The notes below the pieces were generated by a model. It worked only from the letters and a program-made list of their open reading frames with translations, was not told the origin of the DNA and searched no databases. 38,724 nucleotides of DNA from a virus (lineage: Duplodnaviria; Caudoviricetes), in the IMG/VR virus record IMGVR_UViG_3300037478_000090, positions 1 through 38,724 of that record; one strand, given 5' to 3'. Every line of letters starts with the position of its first letter. Position 1 is the stretch's first letter. A program made the translations under genes and the position numbers. This document shows positions 15,074 through 25,200 of this stretch, piece after piece.

Positions 15074-18000
15074 TTAGCTTACCCGACGGAGCCAGAGGTA
15101 GCACCCTTCCTTCAGCGTGGTGGCGGCCGCATTGGAGGTGCTCTGAGCCCATCGGAGCGTCACCGTACCGGCCGTTCCGGCAATACGCATAGCACCCTTC
15201 ATGGTTGCACCCGTTGTAGCGCTGAAGGTGTTATCCGTGCCCAGAGCGAGAATTCCGAATCCGTCGTTGTCGGTCCAGACCATTTCGGCGCTGGCAGGAG
15301 CAGTGAAGTCGAGGCGGAATCCGCCCCCGCCTTGCGTCCAAACGCAGTTCGCTTCGAGGACGTACACGGCATTCGCTTCGACCGAAACGGCGAGGTGCGG
15401 ATCTGCTGCTACGGTTGTCGTGGTATCCCGCGCGGTGTCGGCCGTCTTGAGGGCGAACCTGTCCGACCCAAGACCGGCCGTGACGCTGATGCCGCTGGAG
15501 AAGGTCTTGACGCCGGAGATCGACTGGTTGCCGGTCAGCTTGACGTTGGCTCCGTCGAGCGTGTCGACGTACAGCTTGCGGGTGGCCTGGTTGTCGGTGG
15601 TGGGGTTGGATGCCGGCAGGATCGGGATGCTGGAGAATGTCTTGATGCCGGCAACCGACTGATCGCCCGTGAGCTTCACGACAGCCGCGTCAAGCGTGGC
15701 CAGGTCGCCCTCGACGGCGTCAACCTCGCCCTGCACGACAGCGATGCCCGAGTCTACATACAGCTTCCTGGTGAGCTGGTTGTCCGTCGTCGGGTCGCTC
15801 GCGGGTCCGACCGGGATCGACGTGAAGGTCTTGATCCCGTCGATGGACTGTGCACCGGTCAGCTTGACGACTTCGCCGTCGAGCGTTGCGATGTCCGAGG
15901 CGTTGGCCGAGTCGCCCGCGTCGACATAGAACTTGCGAGTGAGCTGGTTGTCCGTCGTGGGGTCCGAGGCCGGTCCCACAGGGATCGAGGAGAAGGTCTT
16001 CACCCCGGCGATCGACTGCGCTCCCGTGAGCTTGACGTTGGCCGCGTCCAGGTTGTCCACGTACGTCTTGCGCGTCGCCTCGTTACCCGTCGTCGGGTCC
16101 GATGCCGGCAAGACGGGGATCGACGAGAACGTCTTGACGCCCGCCACGGTCTGTGCGCCCGTGAGCTTGACGGCCGTGGCGTCGCCCGCGTCCACGTACT
16201 GCATCGTCGCAGCCTCGAGAGCAGCATTCGGGTCGCCAGCGAGCACCAGGTCGCCCGTCATGGTTCCGCCGGTGAGCAGCAGGGCGAGCGATAGGCTGTC
16301 GCCAGCCCCGGCCGCGTTCCCGCTGATCCTTGCAGCCTGGATCACGCGTGCATTGTCCTCGTCGGACAGGTCGGTGCACGACTTGGTGACGACAACGAAG
16401 CCGAGAAGGATGGCGTCCTGCAGGTTCGGATTCTTGACGAACGACTGGCTTCCGATTGCAGCGATCGCGTCGTCCAGAGTACCGTATGCAGTCTGTCCAT
16501 ATTGAATGACGACCTGCTGCGTCACATCGTTGAGAGGCGTGATGAACACGCGCTGAATAGTGGACACTCCGGATCCACCCGGAATAGTCGTGATCGTCCC
16601 GGCGACGTCGTACATCGTCGGGTCCACTACGGTCACGGTCGGAACCGGAGACTCTGAAAGCTGCGTGACGTAACGCATCGTCACGGGGTTCTGCGCATCC
16701 GTCGTCGAGATGTGCGGATCACTGGTGAGGGTCGGACCGGCGAAGTGGTTGAATCCCCTGGAGAATACCGTGCCCGTCGTCTTGGCGACGGACAGGTTCG
16801 CGCCCGAAGGCGTGAGAAGGTTGCCCGTGACGTTGAACGGTCCGAGCGCGTCCATCAGGTCGTACACCTGGTTGAGCGCGTTCGGAACGTAGTTCGACAG
16901 ACTCTGGTCGGCGATGATCGCGCCACCAGCGATCAGGACGCCTCCGAGGACGAGATGCGTCCGACGCTGCGAGTTGGTGGGACGCGTCGTCTGCTGCACG
17001 ACCGCTCCGGTGCTGTCGATCAGGAGCCAGGTGATCGGCTCGACGAGATCGGTGATCGTGACCGTGTCTGCAGCAAACACGATCTTGGTGATGGTCGGAG
17101 CAGCCGGTGTCGTCATGTAGTCGACGATGACGCCGGTCGTGTCTCCGATGTCGACCATCGTGTCGTCGATCGCGTTGACGTTGAGCTCGCCACCCGTGAT
17201 GACGCCCGTGTCCAGGCCGATCGTCGTCAGGAACTCGGACACGATCGTGTCGTCGACATACTGCTTTGGTGCGGCTCCAAGGTCGACGATCGGATCCCCG
17301 AAGAGGACCAGTTCGCCAGACATGGTGTCGCCCGTGACCGAAACGCTCTCGGCCGCTGCGGCGGCTTCCGCCGCAGCCTGAGCCGCGTCAGCCTGCTGGT
17401 CGACGTACTGCTGCGTGGCCGCGTGCAAGGGATCGGTCGGGTCCGCGTTGAGCGTGAGGAAGCCCGTCATGGTGTCCCCAGCGACCGCGACCCGAGCGTC
17501 GTCGCCCGTGTCCACGTAGTCCTTGCGCGTCAGGTCAGCGACGTTCGAAGGGGCAGCCCCGGTGACGCGGATCTGGGATGTGGCCTGCCAGACGCCAGCA
17601 GCGACGCGAGCGATGAGCGCGTCGCGGGCGAGGGTGCCGTCTCCGGCCTCGTACCGGCCGTCCGCCCGGATCGCCCAGGAGTTGGTTGCTGCCCCCTGGT
17701 ACGTGCCCAGGAAGGCCGACTGGGTGGCCTGCCCCGCGATGAGCTTCATCACCCCGGCCAGAGCGCCAACGTTGGTCTGCTCGACCGTGAGCAGATTGAC
17801 GTCCGACCCGTCCTCGATCGTCAAGGCGTCCGTGAAGGTCTTCTGTCCAGCGATAGACTGCGCACCAGTGAGCTTAACGTTCTGTGCATCGAGCGTGTCG
17901 ACGTAAGCCTTGCGGACCGCCTCGTTCGCGGCCACCGGGTCGGAGCCGGGAAGAACGGGGATCGAGGAGAAGGTCTTGATCCCAGCGATGGTCTGGTTGC

Positions 18001-19582
18001 CCGTGAGCTTGACGTTCTCGGCATCGAGGTTGTCCACGTAGTTCTTGTTGGCCGCACCGTTGGCCACGGTCGGGTCGCCGAAGAGAACGAGCTCACCAGT
18101 CATCGTGTCCCCGGCGAGCGACACGGACTCTGCATCAGCCGTGGCCTCAGCGGCAGCTTGCGCGGCAGCAGCCTCAGCCTCCACGAACTGCTTGGTCGCA
18201 GCTCCGAGAGCAGCCACAGGGTCCGCGTTCAGGATGAGCGCGCCCGTCATCGTGTCTCCGGAGAGACTGACCGACTCCGCATCGGAAGCAGCTTCTGCCG
18301 CAGCCTGAGCTGCATCCGCAACGGCTTCCGCATACTGCTTGGTTGCGGCTCCCAGGGCGAGCACTGGGTCCGCGTTCAGCACCAGAGCACCGGTCATGGT
18401 GTCGCCGGAGAGGCTGACGGATTCAGCAGCCGCCGCAGCTTCAGCGTCCGCCTGTGCCTGGTCGACATATTGCTTGGTCGCAGCACCCAGGTTCACCAGC
18501 GGATCGGCGCTGAGGACGAGCGCACCCGTCATCGTGTCGCCCGTCAGGGAGACGCTCTCTGCAGCGGCTGCAGCCTCAGCTGCGTCAGCGACCTGCTCTG
18601 CATACTGCTTGGTTGCCGCTCCGAGAGCGAGCGTCGGATCCGCGTTGAGCACGAGAGGTCCGGTCATCGTGTCGCCGGAGATCGACACCGACTCGGCAGC
18701 AGCAGTCGCTTCCGCAGCGGCCTGTGCAGCGTCGGCCTGTGCGTCCACATACTGCTTCGGGGAAGCCCCGAGAGCAACAGTCGGATCGCCGAACAGGACG
18801 AGCTCCCCGGTCATGGTGTCGCCCGCTACGGCAACGCGGGCGTCGTCCCCGGTGTCAACGTAGTCCTTCGTCGCCGCCCCGTTACCGATTGTCGGGGCTC
18901 CGCTCAGCACTAGGGGGCCTGTCATCGTGTCGCCTGAGAGGCTGACCGACTCGGCCGCTGCTGCCGCCGTAGCGGCCGTTACGGCGTCCGCCTCTGCCTG
19001 ATCCACGTATTGCTTGGGAGCGGCTCCGAGCGCGACGGTGGGGTCGCCGAACAGCACCAGCTCTCCAGTCATCGTGTCGCCCGCGACGTCCACGAACTGA
19101 GCCGGGTCGAATGCGTTGTCCACATACTGCTTCGTGGCCGCTCCGAGATCCACGACCGGGTCGCCCGACAGGATGAGCGCACCAGTCATGGTGTCGCCAG
19201 CCTTGCGGACGAACGTCGTGTCCGGGTTGGTGACGTCTCCAGGCGTGAGGACGATCACATCGTCGAAGCACACCGTCGGATTGTCCTTGGTGATGTCGAC
19301 ATATCGCGTCCAGTCGGGCGCGTTGACGAACTCGGCGATCGCGGTGTAGGTCCATCCGGTGGGCGTGATGCCCGTTGCGTCCGGAGGGACGAGCGTGATG
19401 CTGAACTCGCCGTGGCAGAGCTCAGCCGTGGACTCGCCGCCGAAGATGAAGTCCTCGTCGCCGATCACATTGAGGTCGGGTGCCACGAACCGGATGTGGC
19501 CACGGATGAGGGTTCCGTCGGGCAACGTCAACGGCGTGCAGCTGTTGATCGTTACGGTCTCGACGCCATCGGGGATTGCCAC
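15074..19582 (-). CDS. Long repeat-rich tail fibre / receptor-binding protein (1502 aa)
   Basis: 12 copies of G[DG]TM[TS]GxLxLxxxPxxxxxAxxKxYVD and 7 (2 partial) of VKLTGxQxIxGxKTFxSIP...TRKxYVD, with Ala-rich coiled-coil linkers; located after the lysis genes in the late operon. Confidence 0.8.
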   Translation of the reverse strand: MAIPDGVETVTINSCTPLTLPDGTLIRGHIRFVAPDLNVIGDEDFIFGGESTAELCHGEFSITLVPPDATGITPTGWTYTAIAEFVNAPDWTRYVDITKDNPTVCFDDVIVLTPGDVTNPDTTFVRKAGDTMTGALILSGDPVVDLGAATKQYVDNAFDPAQFVDVAGDTMTGELVLFGDPTVALGAAPKQYVDQAEADAVTAATAAAAAESVSLSGDTMTGPLVLSGAPTIGNGAATKDYVDTGDDARVAVAGDTMTGELVLFGDPTVALGASPKQYVDAQADAAQAAAEATAAAESVSISGDTMTGPLVLNADPTLALGAATKQYAEQVADAAEAAAAAESVSLTGDTMTGALVLSADPLVNLGAATKQYVDQAQADAEAAAAAESVSLSGDTMTGALVLNADPVLALGAATKQYAEAVADAAQAAAEAASDAESVSLSGDTMTGALILNADPVAALGAATKQFVEAEAAAAQAAAEATADAESVSLAGDTMTGELVLFGDPTVANGAANKNYVDNLDAENVKLTGNQTIAGIKTFSSIPVLPGSDPVAANEAVRKAYVDTLDAQNVKLTGAQSIAGQKTFTDALTIEDGSDVNLLTVEQTNVGALAGVMKLIAGQATQSAFLGTYQGAATNSWAIRADGRYEAGDGTLARDALIARVAAGVWQATSQIRVTGAAPSNVADLTRKDYVDTGDDARVAVAGDTMTGFLTLNADPTDPLHAATQQYVDQQADAAQAAAEAAAAAESVSVTGDTMSGELVLFGDPIVDLGAAPKQYVDDTIVSEFLTTIGLDTGVITGGELNVNAIDDTMVDIGDTTGVIVDYMTTPAAPTITKIVFAADTVTITDLVEPITWLLIDSTGAVVQQTTRPTNSQRRTHLVLGGVLIAGGAIIADQSLSNYVPNALNQVYDLMDALGPFNVTGNLLTPSGANLSVAKTTGTVFSRGFNHFAGPTLTSDPHISTTDAQNPVTMRYVTQLSESPVPTVTVVDPTMYDVAGTITTIPGGSGVSTIQRVFITPLNDVTQQVVIQYGQTAYGTLDDAIAAIGSQSFVKNPNLQDAILLGFVVVTKSCTDLSDEDNARVIQAARISGNAAGAGDSLSLALLLTGGTMTGDLVLAGDPNAALEAATMQYVDAGDATAVKLTGAQTVAGVKTFSSIPVLPASDPTTGNEATRKTYVDNLDAANVKLTGAQSIAGVKTFSSIPVGPASDPTTDNQLTRKFYVDAGDSANASDIATLDGEVVKLTGAQSIDGIKTFTSIPVGPASDPTTDNQLTRKLYVDSGIAVVQGEVDAVEGDLATLDAAVVKLTGDQSVAGIKTFSSIPILPASNPTTDNQATRKLYVDTLDGANVKLTGNQSISGVKTFSSGISVTAGLGSDRFALKTADTARDTTTTVAADPHLAVSVEANAVYVLEANCVWTQGGGGFRLDFTAPASAEMVWTDNDGFGILALGTDNTFSATTGATMKGAMRIAGTAGTVTLRWAQSTSNAAATTLKEGCYLWLRRVS

Positions 19583-19601
19583 GGCTGAGCTCCTCCAGGT
19601 T

Positions 19602-19835
19602 CTACTTCTTGGTGTCGTTCTCGATGCTGGTGTTCAGGGCACCCATCAGCTTCTGGCCGACGGACGACGCCATGAATCGAGTGACGGCTGCGGACACGGC
19701 GGCCACCCCGGCGAGCCAGCCAGCCGCCTCCGTGCCGCCGACCTGGTCGATGACCAGCGGAGCGACGAGGGCGACGGACACGACCGTCTGGATGACCGTC
19801 CTGATGGTGACCTTGTTCTTGTGACTGAGAGCCAT
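19602..19835 (-). CDS. Holin
   Basis: 77 aa, two hydrophobic segments, TIRTVIQT motif, charged C-terminus, immediately downstream of the endolysin. Confidence 0.75.
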   Translation of the reverse strand: MALSHKNKVTIRTVIQTVVSVALVAPLVIDQVGGTEAAGWLAGVAAVSAAVTRFMASSVGQKLMGALNTSIENDTKK

Positions 19836-19844
19836 GCTGCCTCC

Positions 19845-20759
19845 TTAGGCGACGACGTCGAAGCCGTACTTGGCTCCGAGCTTCTTGAGGCTCGTGGAGC
19901 CGGGGATGCCGTCGGCGTCCGAGCCGGTGTAGCCGAGCCGACGCTGCCAGGCCGCGTAGGCGCTGACGGTGGTGGATCCGAACGATCCGTCGCCCGCGTA
20001 GGTCGTGGAGAGCAGCTTCTCCTTGACGAGAGCGTTCTCGACGATGTTGGTGCCCGTCATGTACGTGACGTGGCCCTGAGCGGCACCGGGGTCGGTACGA
20101 GCGGCCGACACGAGAAGCGAGAGATCCACCTTCGGCTTGGTCGGCGTCGGCGTCACGATGACTTCGCCGGGCAGCTTGCCGAGCTGGACCTTGACGGCCT
20201 GCCGGAAGTCGTCCATGTCGAAGGTCGGGTCGATCTTGCCGGGCTGGACCTCCTTGTGTCCGGCGACGGACTTCTCGGTCCAGCCGTGCTTGCGACAGAG
20301 ACCAGCCGCCCACTTGACGGCGATGGCGTACTGCTCCTGCGGCCACGGGTCTTCGCCGTCGCCGAGGTTCTCCATCTCGAGACCGTAGAGCAGATCGTTG
20401 CCGTCCGTGTCGGCGTAGTCGTCGTGCGGCAGCGTCGTCTCGGCGATGAGCGCGGCGATCACGTCACCGTCGACCATGCCGGCATGGTTCGCGCGGCCGT
20501 GCCCGATCATCCAGAGACCGGCAGTCTTGCCGAGCCAGGAGTGGCACAGCGGACCGGGAAGTGCACTGCTGCCGTTGTAGCAGTACTCCTTGTCGTTGTG
20601 ACCGGCCGTGTGGTGAATCAGGACGCCGTGAACCGGCCCGAAGGTCTTGCCGGTGGCCGCGTCGCGGTTGTGTGTCTTCCATCCGGTGTGCTCGAAGACC
20701 TCGATGCCCTCGGCCCGAAGCACCGTGAGAATCGTGTCTGCACTGAGCGGTGTCGCCAT
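19845..20759 (-). CDS. Endolysin: N-acetylmuramoyl-L-alanine amidase (Amidase_2) with peptidoglycan-binding domain
   Basis: GVLIHHTAG, GRANHAG, GLEMEN, GHKE and KIDP are zinc-amidase motifs; C-terminal DGSFGSTT...AWQRRLG...ADGIPG; GGGAG RBS before ATG 20759. Confidence 0.92.
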   Translation of the reverse strand: MATPLSADTILTVLRAEGIEVFEHTGWKTHNRDAATGKTFGPVHGVLIHHTAGHNDKEYCYNGSSALPGPLCHSWLGKTAGLWMIGHGRANHAGMVDGDVIAALIAETTLPHDDYADTDGNDLLYGLEMENLGDGEDPWPQEQYAIAVKWAAGLCRKHGWTEKSVAGHKEVQPGKIDPTFDMDDFRQAVKVQLGKLPGEVIVTPTPTKPKVDLSLLVSAARTDPGAAQGHVTYMTGTNIVENALVKEKLLSTTYAGDGSFGSTTVSAYAAWQRRLGYTGSDADGIPGSTSLKKLGAKYGFDVVA

Positions 20760-20848
20760 CTGTTGCTCCCTGCGTTTCGCCCCGTAGCTGTGTTTCAGTT
20801 GAATCATACCCGAACACGATCGCCGAGGAGTAGCCGAGAAACGACACA

Positions 20849-20895
20849 GAGGCCCGCGTAGCCGCCCCGTGGGTCGGGGTCGGTACGCGGGCCTC
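20849..20895 (-). terminator. Hairpin between the small ORF and the endolysin promoter
   Basis: GAGGCCCGCGTA / TACGCGGGCCTC 12-bp perfect arms with further inner pairing. Confidence 0.6.
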
Positions 20896-20926
20896 ATGGG
20901 CAGCCGTTCGGGCCTTACGCGGGCTC

Positions 20927-21127
20927 TCAGCCCTTCGGGGTCGAACCGGGAATCAGGTTCACCACCGAGGCGATCACCGCCGCACCCGTTCCGTATCGCC
21001 AGTACTCCAGCGCTCTGATCCTGCCTCGGAAGTCCGTTCGGTCTTCCTTGGTTCTCTCCAAGAGCTGATCCACTTTCGTCTCGATACGAGCGAGACGTTC
21101 GGGGACGGTGTCCTCGGGTGTTGACAT
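20927..21127 (-). CDS. Small coiled-coil plus C-terminal TM protein (lysis-cassette associated)
   Basis: ERLARIETKVDQL...RIRALEYWRYGTGAAVIASVV; GAAGGAG RBS. Confidence 0.7.
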   Translation of the reverse strand: MSTPEDTVPERLARIETKVDQLLERTKEDRTDFRGRIRALEYWRYGTGAAVIASVVNLIPGSTPKG

Positions 21128-21199
21128 CGCGTAGGCTCCTTCGGTTGGCTGACCTAAGCAATCTTACCCACTGCCCCGGAAACGCGCTCTGCTGGGGCG

Positions 21200-21715
21200 C
21201 TATCCGGCCTCGTATTCGATTACGCCCTTGACGGACGAACCGCTGGTGAATGTGAACGGAGAGATTGAGTCAGCAACGCTGCGGTTGCCAGCGCCAATGG
21301 CTCCGGCGTCAATCCTGCCGTTCGAGATGTCCATCTTGACTTCGCTCTTGTTGTGCAGACGAGCACGGGATGTGATCCTCGCACCGAGCGCAGTCGTTCC
21401 GAGAACGAGCTCTCCAACAGCCTGCACGATCACCGCTCCGTCGAGGGCATCAACCGGAAGGCTGAAGGTCCAGTCGTCGGAAGCAGTCGGAGCCGCCCCG
21501 AAGTTGGTCGTCGACCCGAACGTGATGTCGTAGTGCGCGATGACGAGATCGCCAGACTGCGTGTATCGGCAATCGATAACGGCGTTGCCGTACGACGGCG
21601 AGTTGTTGCCGGTCGTTGTCCTCCAGATCGGCGTGAAGTCGAACGACTTGTGCAGCATGTTCGCGAGCCGATCTGCAGCCAGCAGCTCTCCGCCAACCCA
21701 GGATGATGCAGCCAT
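21200..21715 (-). CDS. Minor tail protein (paralog B)
   Basis: W.GG....A.RL..ML N-terminus; clear similarity to 21725-22216; GGAGG RBS. Confidence 0.7.
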   Translation of the reverse strand: MAASSWVGGELLAADRLANMLHKSFDFTPIWRTTTGNNSPSYGNAVIDCRYTQSGDLVIAHYDITFGSTTNFGAAPTASDDWTFSLPVDALDGAVIVQAVGELVLGTTALGARITSRARLHNKSEVKMDISNGRIDAGAIGAGNRSVADSISPFTFTSGSSVKGVIEYEAG

Positions 21716-21724
21716 GGTGCCTCC

Positions 21725-22216
21725 TCACGCAGCTTCGTAGCGGATGACGCCCTTGAGGGTGTCCGTCGACGCCCATGTGAACGGCGTGAGAGCGTCGCAG
21801 ATGCCGTTGTTAGTTGCGGCGACGGAGTCGGGCGCTCCACCTGCGAGCTCCAGCTCCATAAATGTCGTGCCCGTGAATCGAGCACGACACGGATAACGCT
21901 TGGCCGTACCCTTCTCGACGAAGATCACTCCGGTCGCCTGAGTCGTGGCGGCAGCCGTAACGGGCAGACCGATGCGCCAGTTGTTGCCGGTGCCAGCCGT
22001 TCCGAAGGTCGAGGTCGTGCCCCAGACGATGTTGTAGTGTGCCGTGACCAGGTCTCCGGACTGCGACCAGCGGCACAGCACCGTCGCATTGCCGTAGGTC
22101 GGCGCGGTCCCGGACGATACGCCGAGCGTCGGCGTGAAGTCCGAGAACTTGTTGAGCATCTCCTGCAGGCGTTCGGCCGTGACGCGCTGTCCGCCGAGCC
22201 ACTGGGCTACACTCAT
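21725..22216 (-). CDS. Minor tail protein (paralog A)
   Basis: Shares DFTP, YGNA, QSGDLV.AHY.I, LPV, PFT and KGVI.YEA with the adjacent ORF; follows the large tail protein. Confidence 0.7.
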   Translation of the reverse strand: MSVAQWLGGQRVTAERLQEMLNKFSDFTPTLGVSSGTAPTYGNATVLCRWSQSGDLVTAHYNIVWGTTSTFGTAGTGNNWRIGLPVTAAATTQATGVIFVEKGTAKRYPCRARFTGTTFMELELAGGAPDSVAATNNGICDALTPFTWASTDTLKGVIRYEAA

Positions 22217-22226
22217 TGCTCCTCCA

Positions 22227-25200
22227 TTACCTTACGATGGTGGTCAGCGGCTCGTTGACGTTGACGCTTGCCCCGACGGGAATCGACTTGACAGCCCCGT
22301 TCCTCGAACGCTCCACGTTGAACACCTGGGGATAGTTGTTCTTACCGAAACCGTACGCCACGATCGGGTTGACGTTGGTGTTCGCGGAGAACGATATGGA
22401 CCTGAATCCCTGGAGCGTTCCAGTGGTGAGATCGGTGTCGGTAACTTCCAGGTCCCACGGCCTTTGCAGAGCCTGCCCGTTGGTGCCGTCCCAGAGCTGA
22501 GCCTTGAGGCTCGATCCGCGAATGTAGAACCGAAGTCCGTATCCGCGACCGACCACGTGGATGATCTGCGTATCCACGAATCCCAACTGCGATTCAACAC
22601 CGGCCACTCGCTTGCGGATGGACAGATTCAGCATCGCATCCGTAGTGAACTCGATGCGGGCCGTGTACAAGTTGTCGGCATCGGTGTAGCGACCGGTGAT
22701 GCCGCCGGTCAGACTTCCGCCGGTTGCCAGCTGGTCCGTGCCGATGAAGCACGTCGTGTCCATCTCGTCGCTGAACGACGTGAAGAACGTCCGACGTGAT
22801 GCGTTGACGGTTGCGAGGGTATGCCTTCCCTCCAAGGACGTGGCGTCCACCGAGTAGTCGGCAGCAGTTCCTCCGCCGGTTCCATACACGTGGCCCGAGT
22901 CGGAGGTGCCCCAGCCACTCGCCACGGTGCGGAAGAACGAATCGTGGAACTTCGGGACGCATGAGTCGGCCCGGACAACCTCCCCGTCGATTCGGAGAGC
23001 AAGCGGGAAGTCGTCCTCGCTGAACTGCTGGAACACGGACGAGCCGTCTCGCCGGAGTCGTGCCTCGGTTCCGAACACCTCTGCGTCCACGGGCACGGTT
23101 GCAGCACCAGTGGAATCGTCAAGGCTGAAGTGGACGGCTCCACGAGATGCGCTCGCAGGAGCGACCATCGAGCTGGACAGATATGTCCACACGCCGGGCT
23201 GGATGACGATCGTCGATCCGCTTGACGTGGAGAGGTACACATTGGCTGCGTCAGCCCAGTTGATCGCGATGCGAGCCCGAATCTCGACGCTGGAGTATAT
23301 CCAGCCGTTCGCGTAGTACGCCAGCGATGGCGTCACCGTGCCGGCAGCCGACGAGCTGTTCAGGATCGACTGGATCGTCGACACCCCGTCACTCGTGAAC
23401 TGTGCAGCCTTGACGGTGTCGAACGGAACCTCGCCCGGAGCGTCGGCCCAGGCCAGCGATCCTCCCTGAGCGCTCCAGCCTGTGATGCCAGCCCGCATCG
23501 CTGCGTTGGTGCTGATGACCGCATATGCGCTCGCCCACGGGACGCCGGAGTCGTCGGCCAGGACGACCTCGATGGAGGTGTCGTCCGAGTCAGCGGCCGT
23601 GAGAACGGTCGAGCTGGTGAGGTCCGCCCGGTTGTCGGAGTTGGTCGCGAAGTCGTCGCTCGTGCCGGTTCCGGGCAGGCTGCCGATGTTGTACGGCTCG
23701 CCGGGGATGCAGACGAACGTGATCTTCCACTCTTCCGGCCCCATGTTCTCGCTGTAGCCGATGATGATCAGGTCCACGTCGTCCGGCGGGAGGTCATCCG
23801 GGAGGTTGCGGAGGCGCATCATGTCGCCGACGTCCAGGCTGAGGATGTCCTCGGCGTACTGGTACACCCTGTCGTTCGCGAGATCGAGCGTGATGCGCGT
23901 GTAGCGAAGGCCATCGAAGGTGCCCGTGCGCAGCAGCCACGAGGCCAGGCTTTCTGCCAGCCCCAGGTTCTCCAGGCTGTACGTGTACTCGACGTCGTAC
24001 AGGCCGACGCCGTCCGGCGGATCCTGGATCGACATCGGACCGGACGTGAGGATCTGCGGAGAGCTGCTTGATCCTCCGTCGACCTTGACGACCACGCTGT
24101 TCTTGGTCAGCTTGTCGTCATCGATCGGCTGGAAGGGCGGACTGATGAGCCCCGCCGAGTAGTCCAGTATGACTCCGGGGATCTGGTTGTACATCGTCGT
24201 CAGTGATCGGTAGTTGATCTCGATCGCGTCACGCGACTCCAGCAGGAAGCCCTGGTCTGAGGTGGCGGCCTCCTCAAGGAGGTCGGTGAACTTCTTGATA
24301 CGCTGCGGACCCATCGTGATCTGGTCTGCGAGCGCGGACGCCGGGAACGATGCAGTCACACCCTGCTCGGTGCACAGCCGTACGATGCGCGTTCCAGCGG
24401 CCTCTCCGTCATAGGCGTCGAGCTGCTCCACGACATCGAACAGGTTGGTCTCTGCAGACTGGAATGTGACGTGGCCGAAGGTGGACGCACCGATGTCAAC
24501 GGTCGATCCGATGGACATGCTCGTCACGCGGCCGACCGTCGCTGCGCTGAGCGTGTCCACCAGGACGTTGGCGAACGACGCATTGGGAACGAGCGATCCG
24601 ATGGTAATCTGAATGTCGGCTCCGACCTGAGTCAGGCCGATGGAGAATCGCATCGGACGCCCGTTCACGTTGAACGAGATGGCACCCGTCTGGTCGATGA
24701 GCGTCCGGTCCGCGTCGTACGCACTGAATTGCAGGCCGCCGCCTGTCGTGTACGTCATGTCCAGGGACTTGGCCGTGCCGGTGCAGTTCATGCGAGCGAG
24801 CAGCGTTCCGTCCGTCAGTCCACCCGAAGGGATCGACATGAAGAAGCGCATCTGGCTCTCGCCGGTCGTCGTGTACGGCCGGATCGTCATCGTGACGGAG
24901 GACGCATTCATCTCCGGCAGGGGCGCGGACGAGATGAAGTCGTTGGAGGCTGCCAGCGAGATGTTACCCGAGAGGATCGCGCTCTTGCCACCATCGAGGC
25001 CGGACGTGATCGTGCCAGCCTCCTCGCCGTCCTCGAACGGCCAGTACTCCAGGATGGGCGCGTCCGGGTCGTTGAACTGCGTCGACCGGAATGCTGCAGA
25101 CTGAAGCGGCTTGGAACCGGATCCGAGCCGACGGAGGATGCCAGCGGGCGCGATCGGAACGGTCACATGCCCCGAGGTTGTCCGTCGCGGCGGCCAGGCG

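Noticed and set aside
15074-22700. Diversity-generating retroelement acting on tail fibre C-termini
   Set aside because: There is no reverse transcriptase and no adenine-specific TR/VR repeat pair. The repeats are in-frame protein repeats.
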